DNA of 64,000 nucleotides from Podarcis melisellensis (taxonomy: Eukaryota). Numbering within the stretch: the first letter of the stretch is position 1; the number at the start of each line of letters is the position of its first letter. Shown here piece by piece: positions 39,186-51,659 of this stretch. Location of the stretch: assembly GCA_964234715.1 (NCBI GenBank), contig OZ174284.1. One strand, 5' to 3'. Under the pieces are notes generated by a model that saw nothing but the letters and a program-made list of their open reading frames with translations, was not told where the DNA came from and ran no database searches. The position numbers were made by a program, and so were the translations under genes.

Positions 39186-39545
39186 TGTTGTTGTTGATTA
39201 TCTGTATGCCTTGGGGGACAATGGAGGAGTGTGCCTTTGGGGGTGAGGTCAAGCTCTACAGTTGCAGTTCTTGCTGTGGCCGTAGAGACTGATGTGTATG
39301 TGAGACGTGTTTTGTTGCAGCAGAAGCCGATAAAGATATCCAGTTGTACTGCTGCAGATGCACCATGGCATTTCTTCCCTCTCTGTTCCTCCCAGCGGTC
39401 ATTTCTCCTCTGGTCACTTCTATGGATACACGACTTGACTGCCTGTCTCCCAGCACTGCTGTCATCTGCAAGGGATTCCCACATGGAAGGATTGGTGTTG
39501 CCAGCCGTTGTGTCACATTTGCAGACATCTTTGTAATGCATATGT
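39186..39545 (-). mobile_element. RTE 3' fragment
   Basis: Minus-strand HYKDVCKCD...WESLADDSSAGRQAVK is typical of the RTE C-terminus; (CAA)n tail at 39186-39197. Confidence 0.75.
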
Positions 39546-40335
39546 GAAAAATATGCATCTGATTAGGGCACCACTCCTTTTAAAACCTGTTAGCCCATTT
39601 AATTTTTTTAAAAAAAAATGATTCTCTAAGACTGATTCAGTAAAAACTGCTTAATTTGTGTTCTCTGCAGTCTTTCTAATCTCTTCCCATCTTCCTTTCC
39701 CTCCATTTATCTTCAATTTTCCCTCTTGCACACTTTCTCATCACTTCCCTTTCTTCTCTTTCCACTCCCCAGTCTCTTCCTCAGTCCTTTAGTTATAATG
39801 ATCAGTGAAGAGAAGTTGTCAAGCTGCTGGATATGATATATTTTCACTACAAGTTAGGGCTATGCACTGGACCATGCTGTACCTGTGATTGCATGACAAT
39901 TCAAGGCTCATTCCTCTTTCCAAGGTCTACTCTGGGTGGCAATTAGAAGGCACAGCCAGCTTCAAAAGGATGGTGTGGCATTTGCTAGCCTCTCCCATGG
40001 TACAGAGCAATGCCCTTTTTATAAAGCCACACACAGAGAAAGACACAAAGCCACAATGGCCAGTGACAGCAGCACATTGGGAAAAGGGAGTGGCAAGGGA
40101 GAGGCAGAATGCGTTCAAAGGAGTGACATGAAAGTGCAGATTCAGCTGGCCAATGCTGCCTTCTTGTATTGTTCTATCAGGCACCCTCCCTTTTCCTTTT
40201 CTCCAGAGAGAGAAATTGAGCTGCCTGTCAAGCTCATTTATGCTCTCCGCTCCAGTCATCTCTCCTAGTAATGTACCTACTTTATTCACTCCCTTCTGCC
40301 TGCCTTCAGACACGTACAAAGATGTGCATCCACAT

Positions 40336-40350
40336 TTTTCTTTCTTTGTC

Positions 40351-40391
<41 letters not shown>
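40336..40391. repeat. (CA)n microsatellite
   Basis: Direct reading. Confidence 0.95.
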
Positions 40392-40392
<1 letters not shown>

Positions 40393-41215
40393 CAAGCATG
40401 CTCAGCTTTCCCATTCTTTTCAGAAGGAAGCTTCAACCCTTATTGGCCCTGATCCACTTTTAGATGGGACCGCTTGGTGCAATTCTAGAGACCTGACTTC
40501 ACTTACAATAAAGTATTCCTATGCCAATGTAAAAAAGAAATTATACAGATGACATGAAGAAAATGTTCCCCCGCCTTACAATCCCTTGTGATTACAGTGA
40601 AAAAGTACCATCTTATAAAATCTTGCTTTTAAAATCTTCCTAAAATCAACCCTTACGGTTTATTATTCCTCTGCCCATTCTCCACTGGTTGTACTGTACA
40701 AAGCAACCTAAAAGACTATCACATTAGTATCAAGAGGAAAATGTACAATGCCTCCCAGGAAATGCAAAATAATAATCCATCCATTGACCATTCCTGGACT
40801 TGAATAATCTGGTGATTACCAAAACAAACAAACAAAAACAAAACAAAAAACAGAATATTAGAAAGAGGGAAGCTGAGGGACCCTTACATGAAAGGGACAA
40901 GATAGGCAGTGGAGGGGAGGAAAGCAGAACTGAAGACACTGTTGAGCAGCACCAGTCACCACTGCCTTATCCTATTACAAATGCAAAGGGTGAAGACTAC
41001 TGGTCAGCTTCTTTTCAAGTAAGGTCCTTACAAAGTTCTATTGTAAATTGCCAGTATTGGCCACACGCATGCAGATACAAGTCCTTTCAAAATAAAAATA
41101 CAAACTGCTAAAACAAAAAATTGAAGCTCCTATTTACGCTAACATCTCTAACGAAAATTGCTTCACACTTTATGTGGCAACAAACCTAAGGGCAAAATTA
41201 GAATGAAAATTCTAG

Positions 41216-41275
<60 letters not shown>

Positions 41276-41280
<5 letters not shown>

Positions 41281-41416
41281 GGTTTGGGGGGCCTCGGGTG
41301 TCTTCCCGTGTAAAAGTTGGGGTGTCTAGGCGACGCCTAGACACCCCAACTTTTACACGGGAAGACACCCGAGGCCCCCCAAACCTGCATTCCTGTACCC
41401 GTGAAAATCTACGAAA

Positions 41417-41418
<2 letters not shown>
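41276..41418 (+). mobile_element. Penelope-like remnant, short palindromic copy within (TA)n
   Basis: Perfect 57-bp arms at 41276-41332 and 41334-41390; the same 28-nt tail as 12281-12308; (TA)n flanks. Confidence 0.75.
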
Positions 41419-41464
<46 letters not shown>

Positions 41465-43185
41465 ATAATTACCTGCAAAAGGATAAGTGCAACTTTTGAT
41501 TTTAGATTTGTCTGGTATTGTATCCATTCAAGTTGAACAATCTTACATGTTTTTATTAAGTATGTTATTAACCTTATGAAATAATGCATTTCTAAAAGCG
41601 GAACATTTTCTACCCTATATCACTTGCCACATATTTACACTTTTTCTTAAAAGCAGCTAGGGGGATCCAACTCAGACAAAGGAGAACAGTACTGGCAGGT
41701 GGAGGGCTTACCCAAGCCTGCTTTTTGCCCCAATGGGGAAAACATACGGGAGGGACAGTGGAAGATCAGCCTGTGAACCTCTCCTCACATTCACACCTTA
41801 ACAGCTCTATGAAAGAAACTGCATGATTAATGTATTTGAAAACATATTTTTGCATTCACCATTTACCTTTTTAGGTGTATATCTAACCATTTATATGTGT
41901 GATTGTGACCTTAGGCTACCCAACTGAAACCGAACACTACAAGCAAGTAGGTTTCCTTTGCACAATTTCCACTGCATATTATGGTAATTGATGCAGCCTC
42001 AAAACTACAAAACACACGACAGTACCCTTGTGCTACTGCTCTGACCAAATTCAGGACTGACCAGGCAACACACACACAAGGTGAGTGGGAAGCATATTGA
42101 GGCTGCAAATAGAAATATGCATCCATACTGCTCTTGTCCTCTAAATAAAGGGCTTCAAATGTCAGAACTGTCAATCCCACAGCTTCTCTGTTGTTAATAT
42201 CTACATTAAAAAGACAGAAAAGGGAGCAGTCACCTACAGGTTAAGATGAAAGAAAGTCGACAGGTGCAGATCTTGGGATGGAGGGCAAAACTTACAAGAG
42301 AACCACTATAAACAAGTTATGACAAATTACTGTAGAAAGGGCATCCTTTTTGGAAAAGAATTACCCAACACTGTAGTGCTCATGAAACAAGCCCAGAAAT
42401 CCAGTCCTATATTCCATGAAATATAAATCATACCCATTTGCCTATCACTAGTTATTACCCATCGTAAAATGCACCACACTGTTTTATTCCATTCTGAATT
42501 AAATTCATTCTGTACTTCCTGTGTAGCACACCATTCTTAAAAAAAATATTTTAGATGTTTTCTCTAAGCCTACTGGTATTCACATCCAGTGAATGTAAAT
42601 TAAAATAAGGACAAATCGGGTCTGGTAACTGAAATAAAGAGAGGAATGGAAACTGTGACATAACTAGCATTTGTATGCAGCAGGGCACCACTTACAGTAT
42701 CAAGGCAAAAGTTATTCATGCCATGTTGGTAGAGTTATTCAAAGGCTACATTTCTCAACATGTCCATGCAGAAATCAAGGTCAGCCAGTTGTGAACCCAC
42801 AGAAACCTGAAAACTGGTTGACGTTGATTTCTGCATAGACATGTCATGGTATGTGGCTATCACAAAACTATGCAGATTACAGCTGGCTCCATTCTCAACA
42901 GCAATCATTGAGTTCTACAGAGCAAACTAAACAGGCAGCAATTTGAGATACATTTCAGTCTGACTGTTCTCCTTGGCACTGAGGCAGGGGCAGGCCGAGA
43001 TCTCTCCTAGTAGTGTCCCTGAGTGTATCCCTATACTTACACCAAATGAGGGCCATATGTATGTAATTTAGAGATAATAGTGTAGTGGAGGCAAAACCCA
43101 CTCACTACCCCAAGAGTGAACTGCCCAGCCTCTACCAACAAACACCCCACTGGAATATATAATTATTACAAGTTCTCATACATAG

Positions 43186-43899
43186 GTGTGGGGTGTATGG
43201 GGTATTAGGGGAGAAGTAATACCTCCATTGGGGGACACATTATGCTCCTTCTGGGTAGTTTCTCCACCTTTGGTCCCCACCCTGCACTCAGCTCTCTCCC
43301 ATAGCTCCCAGAAGCTGTCAGCATGTGACAGCGGCCACACCCCGGGAAACGGCTTCAACTAGCCAGCTAAGCCAGGTGAGGGAAGCTGATGGGACTTCCC
43401 CTTCATGCGAAGACATGTTCTGGCAGATGGGACAGACAAGACCAATAGTGGGTCCAATGCTCAAGAAGGCCATTTCTGAACATGCTGTAGAGGGAAGTGA
43501 GGAGCAGATGAGGCTCATCAACTTGGGAAGGTAGCCCATCTAGGAGAAGAAATACTCTGATCCTAAACCTCTGCTACCTTGTGGGATATCTTTGGGAGAA
43601 GCAAAAGCTAAGGAGTAAACCCTACACAAATCTGGAGTGGAGTCCTGAAGATGGTTGGATGGTGCCTTGTGTGCCTCCTTCTGACAAGATGATGCCAAGC
43701 ATATTGCTATACTTTCTGTTGAACTTCACCAGCATGGCTGAGAAGGGGGTCTTCTTGTCTGGGCAGCCCAGGACCTCCATACACATTGCCCAGGTTTGCA
43801 TCCTGGTGAGGTCACTTCGATGCCACTAACACAGCAGTTTGACTTCACCCCCAGAGGCTCACTTCATTGTCTCTCAAGACAAATGGATGCCAACAACAA
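43186..43899 (+). mobile_element. Non-coding, RTE-tailed non-autonomous retroelement (714 bp)
   Basis: 10-bp TSD tcatacatag at 43176-43185 and 43900-43909; the last ~65 nt equal the RTE tail with (CAA)n; no RT-like ORF. Confidence 0.7.
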
Positions 43900-45303
43900 T
43901 CATACATAGCCAAATGAAATCATTTTGCTATCATAAGTAGCACTTATGGAAACAGAGGGGATCAAGAAGATATGGGACAACATCAGTACTGGCTACTGTG
44001 CATAGGATAGGGCAGAAAGCCAACAGTAGGTGGGGCTAGCACCAATGGCAGGCACAGCCAACTAGTTCTAGTTTTGTTTCTGTCCTCCTATCCATTGAGT
44101 ACTAGGAGGACATCACTGAGACCGAGGAGCAAAGTGACAGCCACTCTTGGACCGCAGGCAGATTGGGATGGCTGAGGGCACACTGAGATTGATGGAGTAG
44201 TGCCCCATTTGCCTAAATATTCCAGTCTCTGCTGTCAAGCAATTTAACAATGGAAAGCCAACTAAAAAGGCCATGGCATTTAAGGAGTCGAACAAAATTA
44301 ATTTAAAGACTGATCAATTTGAAGCATGATCTTCAATGGTGGGCACATAACATAGACTCATCACCAGTAATAGCAACTTCTTTCTCTTCTGAATATATTG
44401 GTATTCTGCATTCAGTTGCCACAGTCATTAAAGGCAACTGCTGTAGATTTCAGCAGCTTCGGCAATGCAACGTAATATGCAAGAGAAACTGTTATGTGGC
44501 AGTGAGGGACATTAACCCTGGCCCTGATTATTGCTCCCTATATTCTACATACATGTGTGCTATTTGAGCTTCCTTTGCAGCTGCAGTAGCCACTATGTGG
44601 GGACCAAAACTTTCATGTGAAACATTTTCCATACATCTGCAGCCACATTGTCAAATAATCTTCTTGCCATGGATGTAATCAAAGATGCATACCAATGTAC
44701 CAGTACTTGCAAATGCAAGTGGCTGTGAGTGAGTTCTTCCTTTTTACCCTTGCTCTAGTTGGATTGTCTATTTAATTTCATTTATGGGCTTCACATGCTT
44801 ATTCATTCAAATGTTTGTTTAGCACTTTGTTGTTGCTGTTGTTTATAAAATAAAATAAAATCCCTTTGTTTCAAATGTCACACTGTTCCAAGGGTAGTTG
44901 GGAAATGCTATTGAATGGTCACAGAGCTGGCCAATCAGCTCTATATTTCTGTTCCAATAAGGTAAAACAGGGTTCTGCTGAACTTGATCCAAAGGAAAAG
45001 GTTATACATCTGTCTAAAAATGTAGTGAGCACATTTCTACAGTAGCGTCATTGCTAAAATTATGTACATCTGTACATACCCTAAGGCAGTAAGTTGCATA
45101 GAAACAGGTTAAACTGAATTCGCTGGCAACTAGCTCACACAGTCAAAGGGGCGATGAATAGGTACATACATCTGTGATAAAACTCAGTCACATGCTTCTC
45201 TTTTGACAGAAATTTCAAACTTAAAAGAATATATGTTTGGTTGTGCCTTCATTCATTACCTGAGAATACCTGAGTGGCACACCCTGGAAGGAAACTGCTG
45301 AGC

Positions 45304-45543
45304 NNNNNNNNNNNNNNNNNNNNNNNNNNNNNNNNNNNNNNNNNNNNNNNNNNNNNNNNNNNNNNNNNNNNNNNNNNNNNNNNNNNNNNNNNNNNNNNNN
45401 NNNNNNNNNNNNNNNNNNNNNNNNNNNNNNNNNNNNNNNNNNNNNNNNNNNNNNNNNNNNNNNNNNNNNNNNNNNNNNNNNNNNNNNNNNNNNNNNNNNN
45501 NNNNNNNNNNNNNNNNNNNNNNNNNNNNNNNNNNNNNNNNNNN
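45304..45543. other. Assembly gap (240 N)
   Basis: Run of N. Confidence 1.
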
Positions 45544-45955
45544 TGTTCTCCGTAGTTGATAGTGCTTTACTTTTGCTTCTCAGTCGGGTCCATTAACATG
45601 CAACTAGCATTTGCTGCTCTTCCACTGCACTCTCGTCAGTCTAGGTTTAGTTTGAACATGTGGCAAACTGGTTAATGCATGACATGCACATGGATAAGCC
45701 GCCAAGAAGAACAGAAGAATAGTTAAGTGGGATAAAAGCAATCTCTGGTCTGGAGAGAAAGTAATAAGAGAGGGATGGTCCAATGTTAGAAAGGTGCAGT
45801 TACTTTTCAGACTGTGGCTAAATACTTCCAAAGCATTGAAAGCACCTAATGTGTAAAGGATACTGTCAGGAGTACCATGCCACTACCTATCATTCCTAAA
45901 TATTTAATCTGATGGAGAAGCTGCTGTTATTTACTGTATCAATGCAATGTTGGGA

Positions 45956-46030
45956 CTAGCCGCTCTGAGCCCGGCCTTGGCTGGGGAGGGCGGGGTATAA
46001 ATAAAAATTATTATTATTATTATTATTATT
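45956..46030 (+). mobile_element. Extremely 5'-truncated L2 3' end
   Basis: tagccgctctgagcccggccttggctggggagggcggggtataaataaaa(att)n, nearly identical to 17058-17124. Confidence 0.75.
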
Positions 46031-47497
46031 AGATATTGCTGGGAAGCCAGTGAGTATTTTACCTGGGGAGCCAACCTTCCCAGCTAATTTGTTGCATCTC
46101 AAATTTCAGCATCCATCTGGGCAAGGGTAACAAAATGTTTTGCGCTCCAATCGTTTATAGTTAATTTTCAAATCAGCTCATATTTATGTACATCTTTAAA
46201 TGGATCCTGAATTCTAATAATCATCTGAAATGAATTCAGTGTCTTCATTGTGTTCAGCTATATGACTTTTAAAACTGGCTACATTTAAAAAAGCAGAAAT
46301 GCGAAGATCTGAAGTGCAAATGAGACACCTACTCAGTAATTGGCACAAATGCAATTGTTTTTGTTTGTTGCATCCTATTGCCCTAAATTTTTGTGATCAG
46401 TGTTTCTTTAAAAATGTCACAAATGGGAGGAAGGATAGTCATGGTACTTTGGGGCATATTATTTCTAAAACTGCCATCAATTCACATCAACCTTTGTTTT
46501 ATATTTAGAGAAACATGTTTTGAATTATTTTTTTAAATTATGATGTTTATGTCCATGGTTAACATGGAACAACCCAGGATACACCAGAAAGCCAAAAATG
46601 TATTGAATATTTTTCCTCCCTGGCAGATCTGGGTCTCAGATCCTTGCAGAATCATCTACTGTGCACACATCTCCTCTTTCAAGCTTGGCCAACATACCGG
46701 AAAACAGAGAGAGATCCATTGCATCCAGTCTCCCAATAAATCACTAATGCTGCTTTGTTGTCATTGCTACCATTGAGTTCCGGGGGAATCTTCTATTAAG
46801 CAAGGTCAAGGGTGGAGAAACGATGGAGCAAAAAAAAAAAATGCTATTAAAAATAATGGTCTTGCCAAGAAAAAAATAAAATCCTCCATTCTGCATTACT
46901 AAGTCATGACTGGAAGGCCAAAACAACAATAAAATATAATCTAAAAACTTAAAATATAATCTAAGTCCCAAAACTATGAATAAAGAAATACTGTAAAATA
47001 AACAAATAAAAGACCAATGGCTGTTGTACTGTGTATTCCTGCATTGTTATCTGGGAACTAGAAATGTTCCAGTGCTTGGACTTCATCACTAATGAATGGT
47101 CCACTGTGCTGTGTCTTCCATGAAATCCCTGTATTTCTTCTCTACATCCTACCAAACGTCTGACCCAAGAACTGCTTTTTTGCCATTAGAGTAAAATACA
47201 GAGATTAAATAACTCTTTATTTAGCTTGCAGTACTCTAATCTCAGACTTTGGGTTTTACACAGCAGCACCATTTATACTTCAGATGGATACAACTGCTGA
47301 TGCAACTCCGGTTCTACTACAGGTTAGGAGCACTGGCCTATACTCTAGTATTCATTTTAATACAAAATTGTTTTGTCATGGAATGATTTGTCCCATGACA
47401 GTAGACATCTGTCATGTATGAGTTTACTGCATTACAGCGGTTTCACTAGAAGACCCTCAGAGTCCCTTTCAGAAGGTAAGCCATTTGGGAAGAACCC

Positions 47498-49750
47498 AAT
47501 AATAATAATAATAATAATAATAATTTATTATTTATACCCCGCCCATCTGGCTGAGTTTCCCCAGCCACTCTGGGCGGCTCCCAATCAGTATTAAAAACAA
47601 TACAGCATTACATATTAAAAACATCCCTAAACAGGGCTGCCTTAAGATGTCTTCTGAACGTCAGGTAATTCTTTATCTCTTTGACATCTGATGGGAGGGC
47701 GTTCCACAGGGCGGGCGCCACTACCGAGAAGGCCCTCTGTCTGGTTCCCTGTAACCTCACTTCTCGCAATGAGGGAACCGCCAGAAGGCCCTCGGCGCTG
47801 GATCTCAGTGTCGGGGCTGAACGATGGGGGTGGAGACGCTCCTTCAGGTATACAGGACCGAGGCCGTTTAGGGCTTTAAAGGTCAGCACCAACACTTTGA
47901 ATTGTGCTCGGAAACGTACTGGGAGCCAATGCAGATCTCTCAGAACCGGTGTTATGTGGTCCCGGCGGCCACTCCCAGTTACCAGTCTAGCTGCCGCATT
48001 CTGGATTAATTGCAGTTTCCGGGTCACCTTCAAAGGTAGCCCCACGTAGAGTGCATTGCAGTAGTCCAAGCGGGAGATAACTAGAGCATGCACCACTCTG
48101 GCGAGACAGTCTGCGGGGAGGTAGGGTCTAAGCCTGCGTACCAGGTGGAGCTGGTAGACAGCTGCCCTGGACACAGAGTTAATCTGCGCCTCCATGGACA
48201 GCTGTGAGTCCAAAATGACTCCCAGGCTGCGCACCTGGTCCTTCAGGGGCACAGTTACCCCATTCAGGACCAGGGAATCCTCCACACCTGCCCGCCTCCT
48301 GTCCCCCAAAAACAGTACTTCTGTCTTGTCAGGATTCAACCTCAATCTGTTAGCCGCCATCCAACCTCCAACCGCCTCCAGGCACTCACACAGGACCTTC
48401 ACCGCCTTCACTGGTTCTGATTTAAAGGAGAGGTAGAGCTGGGTGTCATCTGCATACTGATGAACACCCAGTCCAAACCCCCTGATGATCTCTCCCAGCG
48501 GCTTCATATAGATATTAAAAAGCATGGGGGAGAGGACAGAACCCTGAGGCACCCCACAAGTGAGAGCCCAGGGGTCTGAACACTCACCCCCCACCACCAC
48601 CTTCTGGACACGGCCCAGGAGGAAGGAGCGGAACCACTGAATAACAGTGCCCCCAGCTCCCAACCCCTCTAGACGGTCCAGAAGGATGTTATGGTCGATG
48701 GTGTCAAAGGCCGCTGAGAGATCCAGCAGAACTAGGAAACAGCTCTCACCTTTGTCCCTAGCCCGCCGGAGATCATCAACCAGCGCGACCAAGGCAGTTT
48801 CAGTCCCATGGTGAGGCCTGAATCCCGATTGGAAGGGATCCAAATGGTCCGTTTCCTCCAGGCGTGCTTGGAGTTGTTCAGCAACCACCCGCTCAATCAC
48901 CTTGCCCAAGAATGGCAGATTTGAGACTGGGCGATAGTTGGCCAAATTGGTCGGGTCTAAAGATGTTTTTTTAAGAAGCGGTTTAATGACCGCCTCTTTC
49001 AGCGGGTCTGGGAAGGCTCCCTCACAGAGGGAAGCATTCACCACCCCGCAGAGCCCATCACCCAGCCCTTCCCGGCTCGCTTTTATCAGCCAGGATGGGC
49101 AAGGATCAAGGAGACAGGTGGTCGGTTTCACTCGTCCAAGCAGCCTGTCCACATCCTCGGAGGTAACAGATTGGAATTGATCCCATGTAACAGGACCAGA
49201 CAGAACTCTAGCACTCTCCAGCCCTGGCCCTGCTCCCACGGTGGAGTCTACCTCCTTCTGAATCTGAGCGATTTTATCTGCAAAAAACTTTGCAAAAGCA
49301 TTGCAGGAGATCTTGGGGTCCCTACCAGGCCCCGGTGGTACAGGTGGTTCTGATAGATTGCGAACCACCTGAAAAAGTCTCCTGCTGCTGTTTTCTGCAG
49401 ATGCAATGGAGGCGGCGAAGAAGGCCCTCTTCGCCGTCGCCATTGCCACTTGGTAGGCTCGACGTTGAGCTCTAACCCGTGTCCGGTCTGATTCAGAATG
49501 AGTTTTCCGCCACCGGCGCTCTAGCCGTCTCAACGATTGTTTCATCACCCTCAGCTCCGGGGAAAACCACGGGGCTGTCCGGGCTCCATGCAGTCGGAGA
49601 GGGCGCTTCGGAGCCAGACAGTCAATAGCCCTGGTTAACTCCGCATTCCAGCGGGCCACCAGGGAATCAGCTGAAAGGCCATCAACTTGGGATAGAGCAT
49701 CCCCTACCACTCTCTGGAAGCCAATTGGATCCATTAAGTGGCGGGGGGCA
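47498..49750 (-). mobile_element. Young 5'-truncated L2 LINE with an uninterrupted reverse-transcriptase ORF
   Basis: ORF 47608-~49750 with RT motifs (NYRPVSNLPFLGK, QSGFR, DLSAAFDT, GVPQGSVLSP, YADD); L2-type stem-loop 3'UTR and (ATT)n tail; endonuclease domain missing. Confidence 0.93.
47608..49750 (-). CDS. L2 ORF2 (reverse transcriptase), N-terminally truncated
   Basis: About 710 open codons. The first ~12 aa of the listed 726-aa ORF derive from AT-rich flank. Confidence 0.85.
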
Positions 49751-51659
49751 TGACAATGTTTTTTGGAATGTTTAGAGATGATGAACATATGCAGAATTTT
49801 CCTGGTATACCAACGCTAACTTCAGTCTGTCTGTTTTTGGACATCTAAGATGAATGATGCAGGTGGAAACGCAATCAATATTTTTACAAAATCTATGGAC
49901 AGGAATGCTACTTAGCATTATGATGGCCACCGCCTATCCAACACTAGATATAAAACCATAGTATTAAGATAGAGAATTATATAATCCATGTTAAGTTCTT
50001 TAAAGTGGATAGCCTCCTAGATTGCTAGAAATTTTAATCTGTTCTTGATATAAGCATGCTCATTAAATAGTGCAGATATAACATACTATTACTGATGACA
50101 CTTTACATTGCAGGGCCTCATTTTAAAATCAAAGATGTCCTCACTAAATTTAATTTGTAAGCATGACTGCTCTGCTTTGCTTTGCAATGCTTGCAGTTAG
50201 GCCACAGAATATAATTAATTCTGCTTTCTATCTAGGGACTTTTAACCATTAATCTACCTAATTGTTAATATATATTTTTGTATGATTTGTGCCTTTCTAT
50301 CTTCCTGGTTCACTTATTCTGTTTTTAATTCAGTTACTCAAACTCATAACATCCTTAAGCACCTATAGTGGCCCAATCATTTAGGAAGGCAGCAGTCTAA
50401 TAACTTTAACTGAAAATACAACATTAACGAAGTAGGATGACAAGTCTATAGCCAATTAGTCAGTTTACTGAGCAGACTTCTGAACACTTGATTATTTGTT
50501 AACAAATAATCTTCAAAATATTTTGTGGGCTTGATCCCTATGTGTATTTTTAAAAATCACAAACTGTTAATAAATTAAAAGCATAAATACTTTAGCCAGT
50601 TATCCCCTCCAGATTATATTCCTGTCACTTTTAAAAATACCAGGTATGATTGTGTGTCTGTTATCAGATCCTTTACTTAGCGATCTGTAGGTGCCCTCTT
50701 AAGTGCACTGCTAGAATTACTATAATACGTATACTGCACATAAATGAATAGTTAGATTTCAACAACCTATTGCACAAACCCGATCAACCATTTTAACTCA
50801 GAACCACAATATTAATTTAAGGTATCCAGGTTTGTGGATACATTTATAGAAAAGATAAAAATATGATATTTCACATTTGCAATAAAAGCATTTTCACATT
50901 TTCACTCTCCCTCTCTGCTTTACTAAAAGGAAGTACCAAGTTTCTTTCCCCCTCCTAATAACATTTGTTAGCTAGCAAATGGGTCTATGGCCTAGCCTGC
51001 TTTAAACACATGGTGTGTGCACCCCTTCCCCAAAGAGAGCTCACCCACCCCCCAGTATACCAACCACATCACTAAAAATTAAAGTTGAATTATGCATCAG
51101 CACTTGTGAGAAGCAGTGCCGAGCACTCACAACACCAAGGGCATATCACTGAATGAGACTGAAGCTTTTGGGGTTTCTTTTTTTAGATTTAAAGGGAAAC
51201 CTCCTTTACCCATTTTTTCTTTTCTCTAATTACTTCTCACTCTGCTTCTCACTTGGGACATGAAAATGAGGCTGGAGCCGTAGTGTTAGTCAATGCAGAG
51301 ATCCATTTTTGTATCATATTTGTGAGATTGCTTGCAACTGTATTAAGTTTCACTACATACCCTGTTAAAGGTTTTTTCTATTTACAGAGTGGCTTGGAAT
51401 GGCAGCTAAGTCCCTATGTAGATACAGGCACAGAGAGAAAAACAGAAAGTTTGGGGCGAGTTCCCCCCTCCCCCCTTAGAATTAATTACTTCTCTAAAAA
51501 TAACCAACATGCTATTCACAGTCTTTCAAGACTGTTCGTCAAGTGATGCCTTTTCCCAGGGCTCAGGAGAAATTAGAAAAAGGTAAAAAATGCTGACCCG
51601 TCACTGTCTGTCTGCTTCAATGGGTGCTTGGAGCTCAGAGTATGACTCAACAAGTGGAC

